This document shows positions 62,695-64,000 of a stretch of DNA of 64,000 bases, piece by piece (the first letter of the stretch is position 1; every line of letters starts with the position of its first letter). The position numbers and the translations under genes were made by a program. The notes beneath the pieces are model-generated. The model ran no database searches. It saw only the letters and a list, made by a program, of their open reading frames with translations, and was not told the origin of the DNA. Origin of the DNA: Tubiluchus corallicola (Eukaryota; Animalia; Priapulida); assembly GCA_030141605.1 (NCBI GenBank), contig JAQGDQ010000167.1, positions 149,877-213,876 on the forward strand, written 5' to 3'.

Positions 62695-64000
62695 GTGTGT
62701 TACTGCATTGTTTGTTACTTTTTAGACTTGGAATAATGACTGGAACGTCATTGTCTCCTTGCTAGAACAATGCAGCATTGTTGGAATAGCAGAATCTAGC
62801 ATTGTGCCAATATAATTATCATTTGCGATTGTAGAACAAAGTTCCATTGTTCCATAGTTTGTTGTTAAAAATAATTTGTAGTGGTTATTACTGCTTGGCT
62901 TAGTTCCAAATGGATATTTTGTGCAGAATTTCAATGCGTTTAATACAGAGTGCATAGATGCAGCGCTTGGAATTGAATGCTGTGTCTATGTAAAGTTAAA
63001 AATTGAACAGTGTAGGAGTGCTGTACCAGCTCAATTTTGAGATTACTTTATGTGCGTCTTATTTTTATCTTGCAATTAACTTATCCCCATTGTAGTTCAC
63101 TGCTCCTAAAGCATTGTCGACATACAAGTCCCTTGAACTTGAAAAGTAACCGGGACTTCAGAAAGAAGCTGCTAACTTGATTCTAGCGGCTTCGCTTATT
63201 TCAAAGTTGCAGTCAGACATCGGAAAACGGAATGAAGTCGTCACATTTTTTTACTTTATATTTTGTTAATTGAACTGTGTTAAGTTGAAGTGGCTACCTG
63301 AAGCTCCTGAATTCTAGGATACCAAGTATAATAGTTTTGAGTGTGGTTTAACTTACTTTTCTGGCAGCAGGTGGCACTGGTGTTGTATGAGCTGCCAGCA
63401 GCTGTTAGGTGTGGGCATTATGTCGGTGTGCTGCTTTTCTCTTTCTCTTTGTGCACTACTAGATGTATTCAATGTAAAACCATCACCTCATAATAACAGT
63501 GTAACCATTCATTTAAAATCGTTGTTGTCAATATTACCATGGTGATTTCGCAGCAACACACAGTTTATGGTTTTGCCTATCGCAGCTATTGCAATACGAT
63601 GCCGAGTTGTACATTAAGTGGTTTTGAATTAAATTACCGGGTACCGCAAATGAATTTTGCTCGTTTAGCGTTTCACATTCTTGTACAATTTTTTAAACCC
63701 AAAATATTAATGTGATACATTTTGGATGTAATCACCAGGGCTGATCTGTGTGTGGGAAAAAAGGGTGCAGCCAACAGCCACTTGTGCCTTTTAACTTGAA
63801 AGTCTGTGGGATTTGAGGTGAATCCTTAGTTTTGCTGATTTTAGCTGGTTCATTTTAATTGTTAAAATTGATGTTTTTTAAATTTTTGCAAAAGTAGTTC
63901 TCTTTTGGGAGTGGCTGCCCTTCAACTCTCCACAGGTCAGCCCCAAATCAGAATGATTTTATACCAGCTGCATTGTTGCTGCCATTGTTGTGCATTTGTG

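Overview
AT-rich metazoan (invertebrate-like) genomic DNA with two large, intron-rich genes arranged head-to-head. The minus strand carries a KMT2E(MLL5)/SETD5/upSET-family PHD+SET chromatin regulator: 20 coding exons traced by hand from ATG 18237 down to 343, continuing off the left edge. The plus strand carries a CAPS/CADPS/UNC-31 dense-core-vesicle priming factor: 15 core coding exons from ATG 28988 to 62694, continuing off the right edge. All exon phases chain without frameshift. Introns and the intergenic region hold many non-autonomous DNA transposons (Kolobok-, hAT-, Tc1/mariner- and piggyBac-like, several nested), LINE fragments, tRNA-derived SINEs, and mini- and microsatellites. Most notable observations: three GC-AG introns among 35 traced donors; two frame-preserving candidate cassette exons (54 nt and 30 nt) in CAPS flanked by neural splicing-regulator motifs; a probable divergent promoter pair split by a LINE+Kolobok insertion; and KMT2E-CADPS adjacency that mirrors vertebrate paralogon linkage. 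No prokaryote-type system and no clearly novel protein family was found. Family assignments come from recalled motifs, not database searches.
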